Source: Chrysomallon squamiferum
Lineage: Eukaryota; Animalia; Mollusca
Assembly (NCBI GenBank): GCA_012295275.1
Contig: CM022672.1
Location: forward strand, 21,514,001 to 21,578,000
Direction of reading: 5' to 3'
Length of the DNA stretch: 64,000 bases
Shown here: piece after piece, positions 1 through 13,507 of the stretch
How positions within the stretch are numbered: position 1 is the stretch's first letter
Layout: each line of letters starts with the position of its first letter
Program-made: the position numbers and the translations under genes
Notes under the pieces: model-generated
Databases searched by the model: none
What the model was told of the DNA's origin: nothing
The model's input: only the letters and a program-made list of their open reading frames with translations

Positions 1-21
1 GTCTGAGAAACACTGTCTAGT

Positions 22-3000
22 TTACTGTTCTTCTTTTTCAACAGTGCAGACATTTAGAAATGCCTCTTCAGTTCCTGCACTTGTGTCGATGTCCACTTTC
101 TGAGCACTAAGGTAGTCTTGTAAATTTCGGAACACATCTTTAGGGCGTTTCTTTGAGAACTGTTCAACATCTGGAAAAGAATTACTATCAAACTGCAGAT
201 CTGTTTGTTTACAATAAATAATTAAATTGGTATGATTTTCAAAGAAATTTATCTGGGATTTTTGTCTTCTCATTTGGTCAGGATAGAAAAAATTTGTTCA
301 AGCACAAATTTAAACAAAGGTCAAACAAATGTATTATTCAAATACAGTATCTATTATGTAATATATTAGAAAAGTGGGGCATTTCTAAATAGGGGTTTTA
401 ATATGTTACCTATCATAATCAAATATTAGAATAATATTCTAGCTGGTGTGTTGTAAAGGAAATAGTTTATTTATCCATTCTCATTTCCTATTTATCCATC
501 TTATTTTTTAATAAAATTTTAAGCCACATTTTGTTTAATTTGGCCAGAAATACTGTACAACATTTACATGTTCATAATTTAATTATAATGATGTTTAAAT
601 GTTAAAAGATGAAATATATTCAGTTATGATCAACAAGGTACAGAATAACTATTGAAGTCACAGAGTTATTTCTCTTAGCAAATTTGATTATAAAACTTGT
701 AATTTAAACTAGGAACATTTTCTGTTGAAGAAAAATACATCAAACCACAAAATAAATACCTAAGCAAGGTTTATCTGATTTATACAAAGGAAATTATTCT
801 ACCTCTGAGAACTGATCCAGAATCTGATATAGTCTTTCCTTGTTTCCATATTCGATACAGGTGCAGAAACAGCCCAGTGTAAAAATCATTCACTACATCC
901 ATCACTCGACCTTGTTTGTTGCAGTCCCTGGATTAAAACATCAACCATTAACAGTAATTAAAAAAAAGACTTTCTATCAAATTAACAAAAATTATCAAAT
1001 ATGCTTAACATTAATATTCTTTCTTAAGATTTAAAAATAGTTTTATTTCAATTCAAATGATTAATAATTCAATTAGTCAAACTGGTGAATGCATATTGTA
1101 CACAGATATGCATACAGGTATAGAAGATGCACATTCAAACACTTAATTGAAATGATAAACTTTTTAATTTGACCTAATTAAAGACAGTATCAATAAACAT
1201 TTACACAACATACTGACACATACAGATTTTATTTCTGTTTTAACTCTACCATATTTATACAGATAAATAATAAAATAGTAATGTACATGCATACAATTAT
1301 AGAATATGTAGTTTTATTTATTTATACATAAAATATATATTTAACATATTACTTTTTTGATTTTTGATCCAATTAAAAATATTATTAGTAAACATTTACA
1401 CAACATCCTAACCAATATCAATTTTAACCCTAACATGTTGATAGAGATAAATAATAAAATATTTATGTTACATTAGGTACCTATTGAGTAAATCTTCTCT
1501 GAGAGCCTGTAGCGTAAATCTGGTCATATTCAGTCCCATAATACAAAATGGAAAATTCTGAAAAACAATAGCAAATAAAATGCAGTTTATATGTATATAT
1601 ATATATATATATATAAAAAGGAAGTGGCAGAATTCTTGTAACAATATCAAACTTTATTATTAGCAAAGGCTGATAATTAATAATATAACCGCTTCAACTG
1701 CACTTTATATTTGATTTAAAATTCTAATACTGAGCTACATTTTTCATGTGCACACATAACAATGCTGTAAAAGGTTTTATTATTAACAAACACCAATCAT
1801 TGATAACATATAGTGACATTTTTAAAAACAAATTTGATAGTTAATGTTTATAATACTGCATTTTTCACCACTGTGTCTACATACTCTATTAGTGAGCTCC
1901 AAATTCCATCAGAAAATTTATTTTATATAATAACAAAACACTTTATAATATCTGTACACATTTACATTATGGACATCTTCTTAACTCAGTTCACTACTCT
2001 TGATAAAACAGTTATCAACTTCAGCAAGTTAAAGGCTAGCTTCAAATTTGAAAATTACTCTAACCATACTGTTTTACAAGCATTTTTCTCGTAAATGTTT
2101 GTCAGGAAAATGTTATTTTTTCATTTGCACAATGTTAGTATCTGGCATTTCTCATAACAAAAATTTAGAAAAATATATTCTATTATTTGCCCACATTACT
2201 TACATGAATCTGATGAGATTTTGCATGAAATATTCAACACTGAAGATGGCCTTAATTGAATTTTTTTTCTTCTAATAAAATTATAATGTTCACAGCTTAA
2301 ATGCAAGGGAAAAGAAAGAAGAATTTACAATTTATTTTTCTCACCTGTTGTGGGTCCAGTGAAAGTTTGTAGATATCTCGGGCCAGCTTCGACTTCTTTG
2401 GGTCTCGAACCAAATGAATAAGCTGCAAAAGACCAAGTACACCAATTCCCCTGACATCAGTAGCTGGGTCTGTTCCTGCAATGTCCACAACAGAAATACA
2501 TTGTCATTTGTTTACAATATATTTAGATATAAATTGTAATAGTAAGAGTTAAACAGTGGAAAATATAGAGCTGTTTAATACATTTAAATATAAAAAACAT
2601 TTCAACAGAAAGCAATTATAAACATTAAATATCAATAAATTCAAATATCAAAAGATAAAAAATTAAAAAAATTAAAAATTAAAAATAATTAAAAAAAAAT
2701 GTCACTTTTATAATAAATAAATAAATAAATGAATAAATAAAGAAAGTAAAATTATTTTATTATTTTGTAAGTAACCTTGGAAACCAATCTCTTCCCAGTG
2801 ATTTCCATAACGTGGACACTCAAAGTAGGACCCAGTTAAACATCTGTAAATAGTCTGAAGCATTCGGACGTGACACTGGTCATCATTGTTCAGTGGAGCT
2901 AGTAACAGATAATATTATTTATTGTAACTAAAATTACAACAAACATAATTCAGTTGTAGAAATGTATATGATTATAGATATAGAAAGATACAAAAACAAA

Positions 3001-6000
3001 ACAGATAGAGAGAGAAACTGTTTCATACATAGAGATGACAGACCATGAAAGATTATAGATTATATATACACACACACAACACACACACTCATACATACAG
3101 AAGCACTACAAATACTAATACACAGGCAGATAGATACATCCATTTTCACATACAACAAAGTAAAAGTAAAAGTGACTGGAATAACAAATGAATGTTGATT
3201 CTAGATGATTCATTGATTTATTACAATAGCAAAAAAAAAAAAAGTCTGAACAATTTGACCACAAAAGAAGGACCAGTTACTTTGTTTGAATATAATACAA
3301 AAGTCTTCAAATTACCACAATGAAAGCAATCTATTATCTAGCATCTCATTTATCTAGTTTTTTTTAGACTCTCTATGATATGAACAAGGTAACAGATATT
3401 ACTGTATTTAAAAGGCAGCTTATTTATTATAGACAAAATTTAAAACAATAAATTTTAGCAGCAAAAATAATAAGATTATAATGGATGTACAAACTAACTT
3501 CTTCTATTGTTTTCTTTTATAATATATAAAAGAATAAATTCTAATGAGGAATAAATGTACAGTTTACCTAGTCTATCTGAATTTTATAAATATTTATTTT
3601 TTGTATTCAGTGTCATTACAGAAGTAATGGAAAATGGCACCTTACTTACATCTCCTTGTTTCTATTTCATTCTTTCTTTTTAGCAAACACTGTTGCTTAC
3701 TCCAAATAACAAATAAATAATCATTATAACAGTGTGTTTTTATTAAAATTATTTACTACTAATAATATACTGAAAAGCAGTAATCCAGCATAAAAATTAT
3801 TAAATTACATGCAGCAATGCAGAACACAAGCTCTCTTTCTGGAAGAAGATCTCTCCGAAGTTTAGGAGGACCAAACAGGAAATGAGTTAAAGCAGACAAA
3901 CCACTTCGACTGATCTGAGTTTTTACACTGCCCTAAAATAAAAACATTTAAGTTGTAAATAAAAATAATAAATTCTCATTTTCCTGATTCAACCATTTCT
4001 CTTATTTAATCAAACATCTACTTCTGCAGCTTCTATTACTACAACAAAATACAACTACTGCCGTAACTACTATTAATTTACTGCTGCTATTACCACTATA
4101 CTATTATAACCATTACCAACAATACTAAAATTATGACTAATCAACGTATTATACAAGATAACAATTCTATATAATTACTACTATTACAGTCTCTAGGACT
4201 ACACTTTTCTAAAATATTAGTGGGATTAAAGTTGATTGGTAATAGTAACACACTGAAAAAAAAAAAAAATTAAGTACAGACTGACATAAATAACTGACTG
4301 CAGATTTTAAGATGTTAAAGTTATATTTAGATATTATTATATAATCAACACTAAATAATACTTTGAAAAAATTTTTTTATGTTCACTGCATAAAACAAGG
4401 AATTAAATTATTAACAGCTTATAGACAAGTATCATTATTTATGTTATATTTTATATTATTTTAGGGCAAAGATAAAATGGCCAATGCTCTCAGGCAATTT
4501 TTTATTTATTTTTCTAAAAAAAAAAAAATTTTATAATCATAAACTGATAAAGTAAATTATTTATACACTTTTTATCTTTTGTTTTAAGATTGTAAGTGTC
4601 TGAAGGAACAAAACATATTGCCACATAATTGTCTGAAGGAAGAAAACATATTGCCACATAATTGTCTGAAGGAACAAAACATATTGCCACATAATTGTTA
4701 CACAGTCAGACATAAGCCATTTATTTAGCAATCAGGTAACATCTGCTGGCTATGGATGCACCTGTGTCCTAATATCAAGAAATGTCAAGCCTCTGAAACA
4801 ACAATTTACTGCTTGATTAAACTTGGCTGACCTTCACTTGAGTATAATCCTGTCCCTCTAAGTGGTGTATAGCATAGCTGTAATTGAGCAGTGGAGCAAC
4901 GTCTTCACATGGTTTTGCTGCTGATGCTGCTCCTGCAGCTGGAAATGAAGAATTATTATTATTAACAATATTAACAACTTTTTAAAAAAACTTTTTATTT
5001 AACATTTATTTGTAAAATATTACACATACAAATAGCAAAATAAATTTTAAAAAGAATAATAAAAACAAATCAGTAACCCAACAATTAAAATTATTTTTAT
5101 TTTGCCTGTTACTTAGAAAAAAACCCCAAACAAAACAAACAACAACAAAAAAATGTCATTTAAAAAGGGAGATTCTGATTTTACATTTATATAAAAAAAA
5201 TTAGTAAAAAACATTGCTATTTTGATTTTAAAAAATCACTGTAATTTATTTTTGTTAAAAAAGAAGAAAAGAAAAAGAACTGAGTGTAAACTGCTTTTTA
5301 TCTGCCTTATCCAATATTAACCATAAAAAAAATAAAGAAAGAAGAAACTAAAAAGTCTTTTGACATCAATATCAAACTAGTCTGTACATCACAGAAGAAG
5401 CCATTTTAATTTTTTCTTTTAATTAAAAAAAAATAAAAAAATAGAAAAAAATTGTCTGCTTTTATAATTAACCTTTTACTTCCAGCAATGTGCTTTGACA
5501 TCACAGATTATGTACACTTGGCACAAAAGAGAAATAATGGGAGAGAAGTGGAAAATCAATATGTGGTTAACATGGCTATTATTGCTCAGTGACCCAGTAA
5601 TTGAAATCCAATAGTAAGAAGCACTAATGAATCAATTCTACAAGAGAACACCGCATGGTGGAATCAATGAGCAGACAAGCAGACTGATTAACTTCATTTC
5701 TCTCCTCCTTGACTGCAAATCTCTAGAGATGATGCTCAGTCATTTGTTTAGAAAACCAGACATTGTATTATATTATAATGTTACCCCAGTATGGTTTACA
5801 GAAAAAGATAAAACAAAAAGGCAATAGCTTTTCATACAGATACCAGACCAATTATCCTTCTCTTGGAAAACTAGAATTGATGTAAATAAATAAATAAACA
5901 GCTTTCCAAGTTTATTCATTATAATCCATATAATACATTTTTAATATTTACTTTTCATTGTTTCAGTTATATAATAACTATATATATAATCTTGCTGGAT

Positions 6001-9000
6001 AAACGACCCAGTATCTTCATATAGATATTTATTTAGAAAACTATGACATAATGTAATATTGACACTTGTTGTAAAACAGAAATGCATTTACTTCAGATAC
6101 AGTCTTGAGATGTTATAACTCAAAGAACAGTCTTTGAATATTTCATATATCTCATACATACATAAACATACACACGCCCACATAAACATGCATACGCCCA
6201 CATGTACTCTTATTTAATTTGTATATGTGCAGTTTTCAAATACAATAATATACTCTCCCAAAAAAGAAATGCAAAATGGTTGATTTCTGAGACAACTATT
6301 GTAAACTGACACATATCGATGTACAAACTATAAATATAATGACATTTGGTGATTCAAATGTATAGCTTTTGTTACAGTCGCCAAAAAACAGGTAACACAA
6401 AATAAAGGCTATGATCATGTTTATTAGCCAAAACGTCCCCACATGCAAACCACGTTACTGGAGCATGTGCATGTGCGGCACATGAAACTTGAATATGAGG
6501 GTTACAAAAATGCAAGGTTGTTTAATACTTCTGTTCGTTATATTTTTCTGACCCAATGTAAAACAAATGCCACAACTGAGTGAACTGCAACGAAACAACA
6601 CCATTGGCCGTTTACAAGCTGGCGAATCCTTCTTGGCTGTAGCCCGGGTGTTCTATGTATACCCAAGCACCATCTTGAGATTGTGGTATGGGATCCAGCA
6701 ACACCAAACAACACATGACCGTCCCAGATCAGGTAGACCACGTGTAACCACTAGGGTCCAGGACGGGTTCTTCATCTACAGGAAAGAACCACCATGGCAA
6801 CCTCTACTGCTTCAGCAATACCAGGTCTGCATAGAATATCGGCTCAGATAGTGTGCAATCGTTTATGTGAGGCAGGTATTCAAGCCAGAGTGGTTTTGAC
6901 TCAACAACATTGTCGACTACAATGTCAATGATGTCAAATGCACAGAGTCTGGCCTCAGTTACAATAGAGAACTGTCTGGTTTAGTGACGAGGCTCAATTT
7001 CTGCTTTGTCGAGCTGATGGAAGATGTTGAGTTTACAGATGTCGTGGTGAACATGTTGCTGCAAACTGCATACAAGAAGTGGACACATTTGGTGGTGGTA
7101 GTGTGATGGTGTGGGCAGCAATCTCATACACTGGCAGGACCAACCTGGTTCACATCCAAGGCAACTTAACAGAGATATCGAGATGAAATTTTGCAGCCAC
7201 ATGTTGCTTCAATTATGAATAATGGAAACACTGCATTCCAGCACACCAATGCGAGACCACATGCAGCCAGACTCACAACAGTGTACCTACACAACAATAA
7301 CATTCAGGTCCTGCCCTGGCCCTCTAAATCTCCTGATTTTAACCACAGCCACAGAATCGTGCTCAGTTGGCATTATTACTACAGACAGAGTGGGCCACCA
7401 TTCCACAAGGTGTAATTCATAATGTCATTACTGCCATGGAAAGGAGATGTCAGGCAGTTCTGGACCCCCATGGTGGGCACACAAGGTATTGATAATATAC
7501 TGTTATAACCTTGAACTTTAACCTTTTCAATGTAATACCATCAATATTAATGAACTGCAAAAGTGTGTGTAAAATGTGAACATTGTGCTGCTTTCTGTTG
7601 ATCCATTAGATAGATAATCCCAATATCAATAAAATCTACTTTTGCATTTCTTTTTTGTTAGAGTATATAAATAGTGGTCATATTATTTTATATACAACTT
7701 CATTTAAATACCTGTTTCGAATGTTGTTTCAGTCTCTAAGACTGCTATTATTAGCTACAAAATTTATAGAATAAATAATATTACAAATGCTGTTGCCAGG
7801 GCAACAACTGGTTAAAGCTTACATTATACTGCACATGTTACATGTTACATGCACAAGCTATAAATCAAGGCAGTCATTATTATTAAAGAAATTCTGAATC
7901 TCACAATAACGATAAGCCTGTATATATTTTGTGAGAAGGGGAAAACAAAAGAACATGAACCATATATAATATGAATTTCAGATATCTTATTAATGTACAA
8001 GCAAATAAAACCAGAATCTATAGTGTATATTTTGATCTATTTTGCTGTTATATATTTAAAGTACTACTTACTTCTTTTGCCTGTGTCATCAACAAAACCT
8101 GGAAATAAAAAATAAAAAAACTATTTTTTTTTTAATAATATTAATAATAAAATAAAATTAGAAACAATGTTCAGTATCTATTCTTTAATAAACAAATTCA
8201 TATTCTGTCTCTTGCATGTTTTTAAAAAAAAATCTAATGTAGTATAATTTCAACATATATAAAAATAAATAAATCAATAAATTAACAGCATTACAATTAA
8301 ACCAATGTTCTTTAATTAATTTTTTTTTTTTAAATTTATATCCTGTCTTTCTGTTGGTGGACCAAAGCCATTAATTTAACTGACAATGTGTATCAGTGAA
8401 TATCACAGTTGGCAGTCTGCCAGTTATCAGTCAGGTTATTAAAAGACTGTTTATAACACAGTAGGTGATTATCACTAAGATAACTGTAACAGCTAAATGG
8501 ATTTCTGTTGAAAAATGTCTCCAGTGAATAATGAATGTTGAATAAATTGAAAAACATTAAATAAAAATGGAAATAGTCCTTTAAAAAGGAAGTTAACTGA
8601 AACCAGGGTTGGTGTTATGCTTATAGAGTCACAAATTTGCGAGTACACGTTAAAGGATTTAAATTTATACAAGGACTATGAAGATTATAAATGTAATAGT
8701 AAAATTAAGGAGTTAAAATAGATATAAAAACATTGTTTGAAAAGGCAGTGGCTGCAGACACTGACAGGATTCAACTGGGGAGATCAATAGTTCAGGGCAT
8801 ATGGCTGTCAGTTAAAAAAATAACAATGGTGGATGGAAAATTAGCGGTAAAAATATAAACCATTATTGAAATGTAGTTGGTATAAAACTAAATAAAGACA
8901 ATATATTGAGCATACATTCATTAAAAAAATTACTATGGTGAAGTAAATTAAAGTAAATGATATACAAACACTTTTTGGCTGAAGACAGAGACAGTATTAA

Positions 9001-11753
9001 ATTTTGGCTATCAATAATTCAGGCCATATGGTTTTCATAAAATGTAGTTTGTATAAAACTAAGTAAAATCAGTATATTGTGCGTACATTGAACAAAGATC
9101 AATTAAAAAAAGAATGACTATAGTGGATAGTAAATTAAAGTATTTGAAAAATACTTCAAACAGAAACAGGAATGTCTGATGTTAAATCTGGGATGTTCTA
9201 TAAACTGGGTACAGTATAAACTAATTTCAATTAAAAAATGATGTTGGTAGATTTTTAATTAAAACTGCTGGCATTAAAAGTATTAAAATACTTCTTGAAA
9301 AGATACAATGGGAAGCATTCGTGGAATACATTAAGGGGATGCTAAAAAGCTAGAAGGCAATAAATTGATGCAATATTAAACAGGGTTGGTTTGACACTGG
9401 TGGTTGGCTATAAATTGAGTAAATATTTGAATGGTTTGTGTTTCACTAGTGGATGGCAATGAACAGAACACTGACAATGAAAAATAAACATAAGAAACTG
9501 ACCGGCCTCTACAGTCTGTACTTTGTCCCACTCAGCTTTAGCCACATCAACTGATGAGGATTTATCACCTTCAGCAAGATCTATTTTAGCAGCAGTGTAT
9601 GTGGCAATGTCTGGTTTATCAGACTCAGACAGAGACTGTGAAAACACAATAAAAATATTAACTAACAATAGTAATAAGTTATCACTACACTGAACAGAAC
9701 TTGTATCCTTTGGCAATGAATGTATTAATTTCTAAATTGCAATTAACTTAATTTGTTTCTGTTTATCAGACTTATATACTGGCTCTGACTAACTTATAAA
9801 CACATTTAATAACTTTAATGAGTCAAACAACTTTGAAGACCATAATAGGATTTTCAGAAAGTGACAAGTTATTTAAAATTCAAATCACATTTTAAGTTAT
9901 TTATATGACAAAGAAAATAACATTCTTAACATGCATATTTTTAATGATTATCAAATTAATTTATTTGTAATAGTGTTTTTATCTCTTTCTTAGTGTTACT
10001 ATCTGCAAACCATTTGAAATGAAATACAATTTGAAAAACAGATTTGCAAGTCTTCATCTCAAATCAACATCATTATTTAATAACATAAATATTCTTAAGT
10101 TATTGCAGAGCAACAACAGAAAATCTTAAGTATTTTTAAATGATGTCATTTAATTTTAATTTCCTAGTAATTTTAATTTTCGAAAACCACAATTCACTTT
10201 AATCTGACAAATATTTTGCATCCTGACTTAAATTTTAATTTGATATAATATATACTGTAAACTATCAATGTTTTGAAATGACGCTAAACTTACCTTAACA
10301 ACATCACCTTCAATATTAACTGTATCAAAACGACAAGGTGAAGGTGGTGGTGGTGGCGGTGATGACGTTTCAGGTAGCAGCCCTCTGCTGACAGCGGCAG
10401 GCTGTGTCATTTGGGACTTGTTAATTAGAACAACCTCGTTACTGAATCCAGAAGCAGGTCGTTCTGCAGCTGTGGTAGTAGGAGCTGTAGCAGAGGCAGA
10501 AATATTTTGTTCTGGAAGTTCAAATTCAAATTCTGCATCTGAATTCTGTCTCTGAAGCTCTTCTTTGGCATTTGGAATTTCTTCATCTGACACTGAGGAA
10601 AAGTCTGACTTGTCATCAGAAAGGTTTTCAAATGAGGGACTGGTGGCTGATTTAAATCCATCTCGACGTGGGCTTGGAGAAATGTCTTCTTTATAAGGAC
10701 CCTGTTCGCAAAAAAATATCCAAGAAATATAAATTTAATTTAATATGTACAATGATCCACTTCAGAATAAATCATGGATATCATTAAAATGCACTACCCT
10801 ATGATTTTTTTCTTATATTAGCTATTTGATACAAATTGAATAGATTGTGAAAAAAGCATCTTGCTATTTTTGATATGCTAAAAAGCCATTTATTACTTAT
10901 ATTTGCTAATTTTGATATGACAGTCAGAATATTATCCATATATTTTGAAAACTTATCTCAAAAAAAACAACAACAAAAAAAATATATATATATTGACTAT
11001 TTTTACTAATTTAGATTTTACATTAATCAATTAGTTTAAGCCTACAGTTTTGCTGAACAAGTGAGAAACTTAGAAAGCTTTGGGATTGCTAGTGACAAGA
11101 AAGAAGATATAATCTAAAAAGAGAGACTCTTGAAATATTAACCTATTACCTAATTACAGTTTATTCATGTATTTTTATTTTCACCTATGTGCTATTTTCC
11201 TTATTACTAACATCAGTGCATGAAAATATGATATCTAATTGTATTTAATTATAGTCTGCTGTAGTTTGAATCAAAAGCAGCAATTCATTATTAGACAAAC
11301 ATTTACCTGGTCAAACCCTTTAAATGGATCCTCCTTTGGATTATTTGGGATGTTCTTTCTGTTTTGTTCTTCAATGTAGATAGCAAGACCGGCTGCTATG
11401 CTTTCTTCAACCAGTCCATCAATTACCATACGAACCTCTTCTGGTTCATCTTCATAACTAAGAACTTCGCCATTGGGTTCATTAGCATTGCCACCATTAA
11501 TTGTGTAGCCTTCTGGACTTTCAGGACTCTGAAACTGTATGCCTCTTCTGATGTCAGGATTATTAATACTCCTACTGGTACCTGCAGTTGTATTAGACTG
11601 ATTATCTAATTCAGTACCTGCCATTGGTCTGTTTTCATTGATGTTGATGTCAAGAGTATTCGATATTTGATGATCATTTGAAGTATTGGCAAAGTCTATG
11701 TGTAGCTGTTCCAACTCCACTGGTCCAGAAGATTCAACAGATTCAGATGTCAT
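22..11753 (-). CDS. ELMOD3: ELMO domain-containing protein 3 (ARF/ARL GAP), 11 coding exons, long acidic N-terminal extension
   Basis: Approximate exons: 11753-11307, 10701-10294, 9635-9503, 8098-8072, 4938-4832, 3932-3809, 2898-2777, 2476-2346, 1558-1481, 927-803, 170-22, with GT-AG boundaries and compatible phases. Translation includes [54 protein letters not shown] (ELMO WxxxGFQ..DPxTDxRG GAP motif) and [12 protein letters not shown]. The FGPPKL segment is typical of ELMOD3. Confidence 0.9.
4597..4698. repeat. 33-bp tandem repeat x3 in an ELMOD3 intron
   Basis: Unit tgtctgaaggaacaaaacatattgccacataat, three near-perfect copies. Confidence 0.95.
6251..7665 (+). mobile_element. Tc1/mariner DNA transposon, both ends intact, non-functional, in an ELMOD3 intron
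   Basis: 26-bp TIRs: tactctcccaaaaaagaaatgcaaaa (6251-6276) versus the reverse complement of 7640-7665 (24/26 match); TA on both flanks; internal transposase relic. Confidence 0.93.
6567..7492 (+). pseudogene. Tc1-type (DD34E-like) transposase pseudogene
   Basis: [22 protein letters not shown] start, [42 protein letters not shown] (second Asp lost), WPSKSPDFN followed by a deletion, C-terminal GGHTRY*. Multiple frameshifts and stops. Confidence 0.9.
8700..9310. repeat. Diverged ~170-bp tandem repeat (3-4 copies) in an ELMOD3 intron
   Basis: aaatgtagtt(g/t)gtataaaactaa..tatattg..catacatt..aagtaaattaaagta at ~8869 and ~9040, with weaker copies on either side. Confidence 0.6.
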
Positions 11754-12619
11754 TTTTCAATCTATCAGAAATGTAGCATAGTAATAATACTGCCTATATC
11801 AAGAAAATAAAAATTACATTTAAATATTATGTAAATTTCCAAAATATTTATTTATTCTATAGTATGTGCTTATCTTACTGGTCCATTCTGTTGCTACCCC
11901 ATTTATTTTTCTGCATCCAGTTATTTAAAAAATGTACCTTTTGTCATACTATAATGAGACTGATCTACAGAACTACTTAGGTGCGTGCCATCAGTGGAAT
12001 TTGCTGCTGCAGAATAACTAAACAAATTAAATATTTTCTTTTTAAATCAATTCTAAATAAACATATTAAATTAATTCAATTCAATTTATTTTAACAAACA
12101 TTTAATTTGCTATGACACTGGTATCTGTAATATTAATTGATCTTGAACATTCAATCAAAATTATAATCATAATGTAGTGTTATTCTTATATGTGATTTAC
12201 TGTATGCCTGACATTTGAATTATTTATTTTAATGCCAACATGATACATTTTCCCCCATATCATATTATTTCAGGCCAGTGATGTTCTCTCTCTCCCGTCT
12301 CATTTATTTATTTTTAAATTAATTTATTAATATTATATTTTTTAAAATTGATTATTTTATTTTAACAATAATATTCAAAATCAAACTTTTAAACATACAT
12401 TTTGAAACTAAATAAAATAAATCGATGCATATATCATCTTTCAAATCCAAGGTATAAAATATTAAAATATAAATATAAAATCGTTTATTCGTTTTACTCA
12501 ATTTACTGGAAAGAGAAAAGTAAATATTCCATACAGAAAGCGGAATCAATCATTTTCCATATTAAATATCTTCGTATTTAGTTCACAACATTTCATTTAT
12601 AATTTCTGTCAATAAACAT

Positions 12620-12903
12620 ACCAATAAACAAATATTCGATGACTGCTGTCAAAAACTATCAGTAGATAATTTTGTGCTATTTTCCCTGTCAGGCTCAATC
12701 AGCCATTTCCAAACATTGAAGATCAGAGGCAAATGTTACAAAAAATATTTAAGCACATTTTAATAATGTGAATCATATAACACTGAGGAAAAATAAATAA
12801 TACTATTGATTAAATTGGCGTCTATTCATTAATGACAAAAATAATTTTATAAGGCATAAATTTAAATATGTAAGTTTCTGCGGATCTGCAAGCATAAAAC
12901 AAA
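12620..12903. promoter_or_regulatory. Probable bidirectional promoter region for ELMOD3 and MRPS18C
   Basis: Head-to-head genes; locally higher CpG; minus-strand GT donor-like site at ~12620 consistent with a non-coding ELMOD3 first exon; MRPS18C ATG at 12904. Confidence 0.55.
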
Positions 12904-13470
12904 ATGGCTTCCTTAAGCATGGTTAGAGGTTTATCAACAAAAATATTTACTGTCAGCGGTCGTCCTTGTTACAGTTTATGTCTGAGCACCAACAAATTGC
13001 AGTCTTCGAGTACGTTTAATGCAATTATTGATAAATAAATAATTGTATCGGTACCATTATAGTTGTCAGTTTTGAGTGCATGATTATGATGAAATATCCT
13101 CCATAATAATGATAATGATAAATGAAATATCGCCATTCGTTATTTACATTTTTACTATTTATTAGAATTTTTAGCTCTCACTGCGGTATTTTAATTGTTA
13201 AGCAGCAACGTTAATTTCTGACAATGCCACTGTTTTGTTAAGCGTTAATTTATTATATAATTATAAATTAAAATTTACATACTTAATATAGTAAATGTAC
13301 TATATTATAATTATTATTTATTTATCAATGTCTGAAAAATAAATATTTGTTATTAACCCATTATCCGAAATCTATAATGAGTTGTATATGTTTTTTTTTC
13401 TCGTTTTTTTCTGTTTGCTTAAACTTAAAGCGTTGGTTATATAATAATAATAATAATAATAATAGTAATA

Positions 13471-13507
<37 letters not shown>

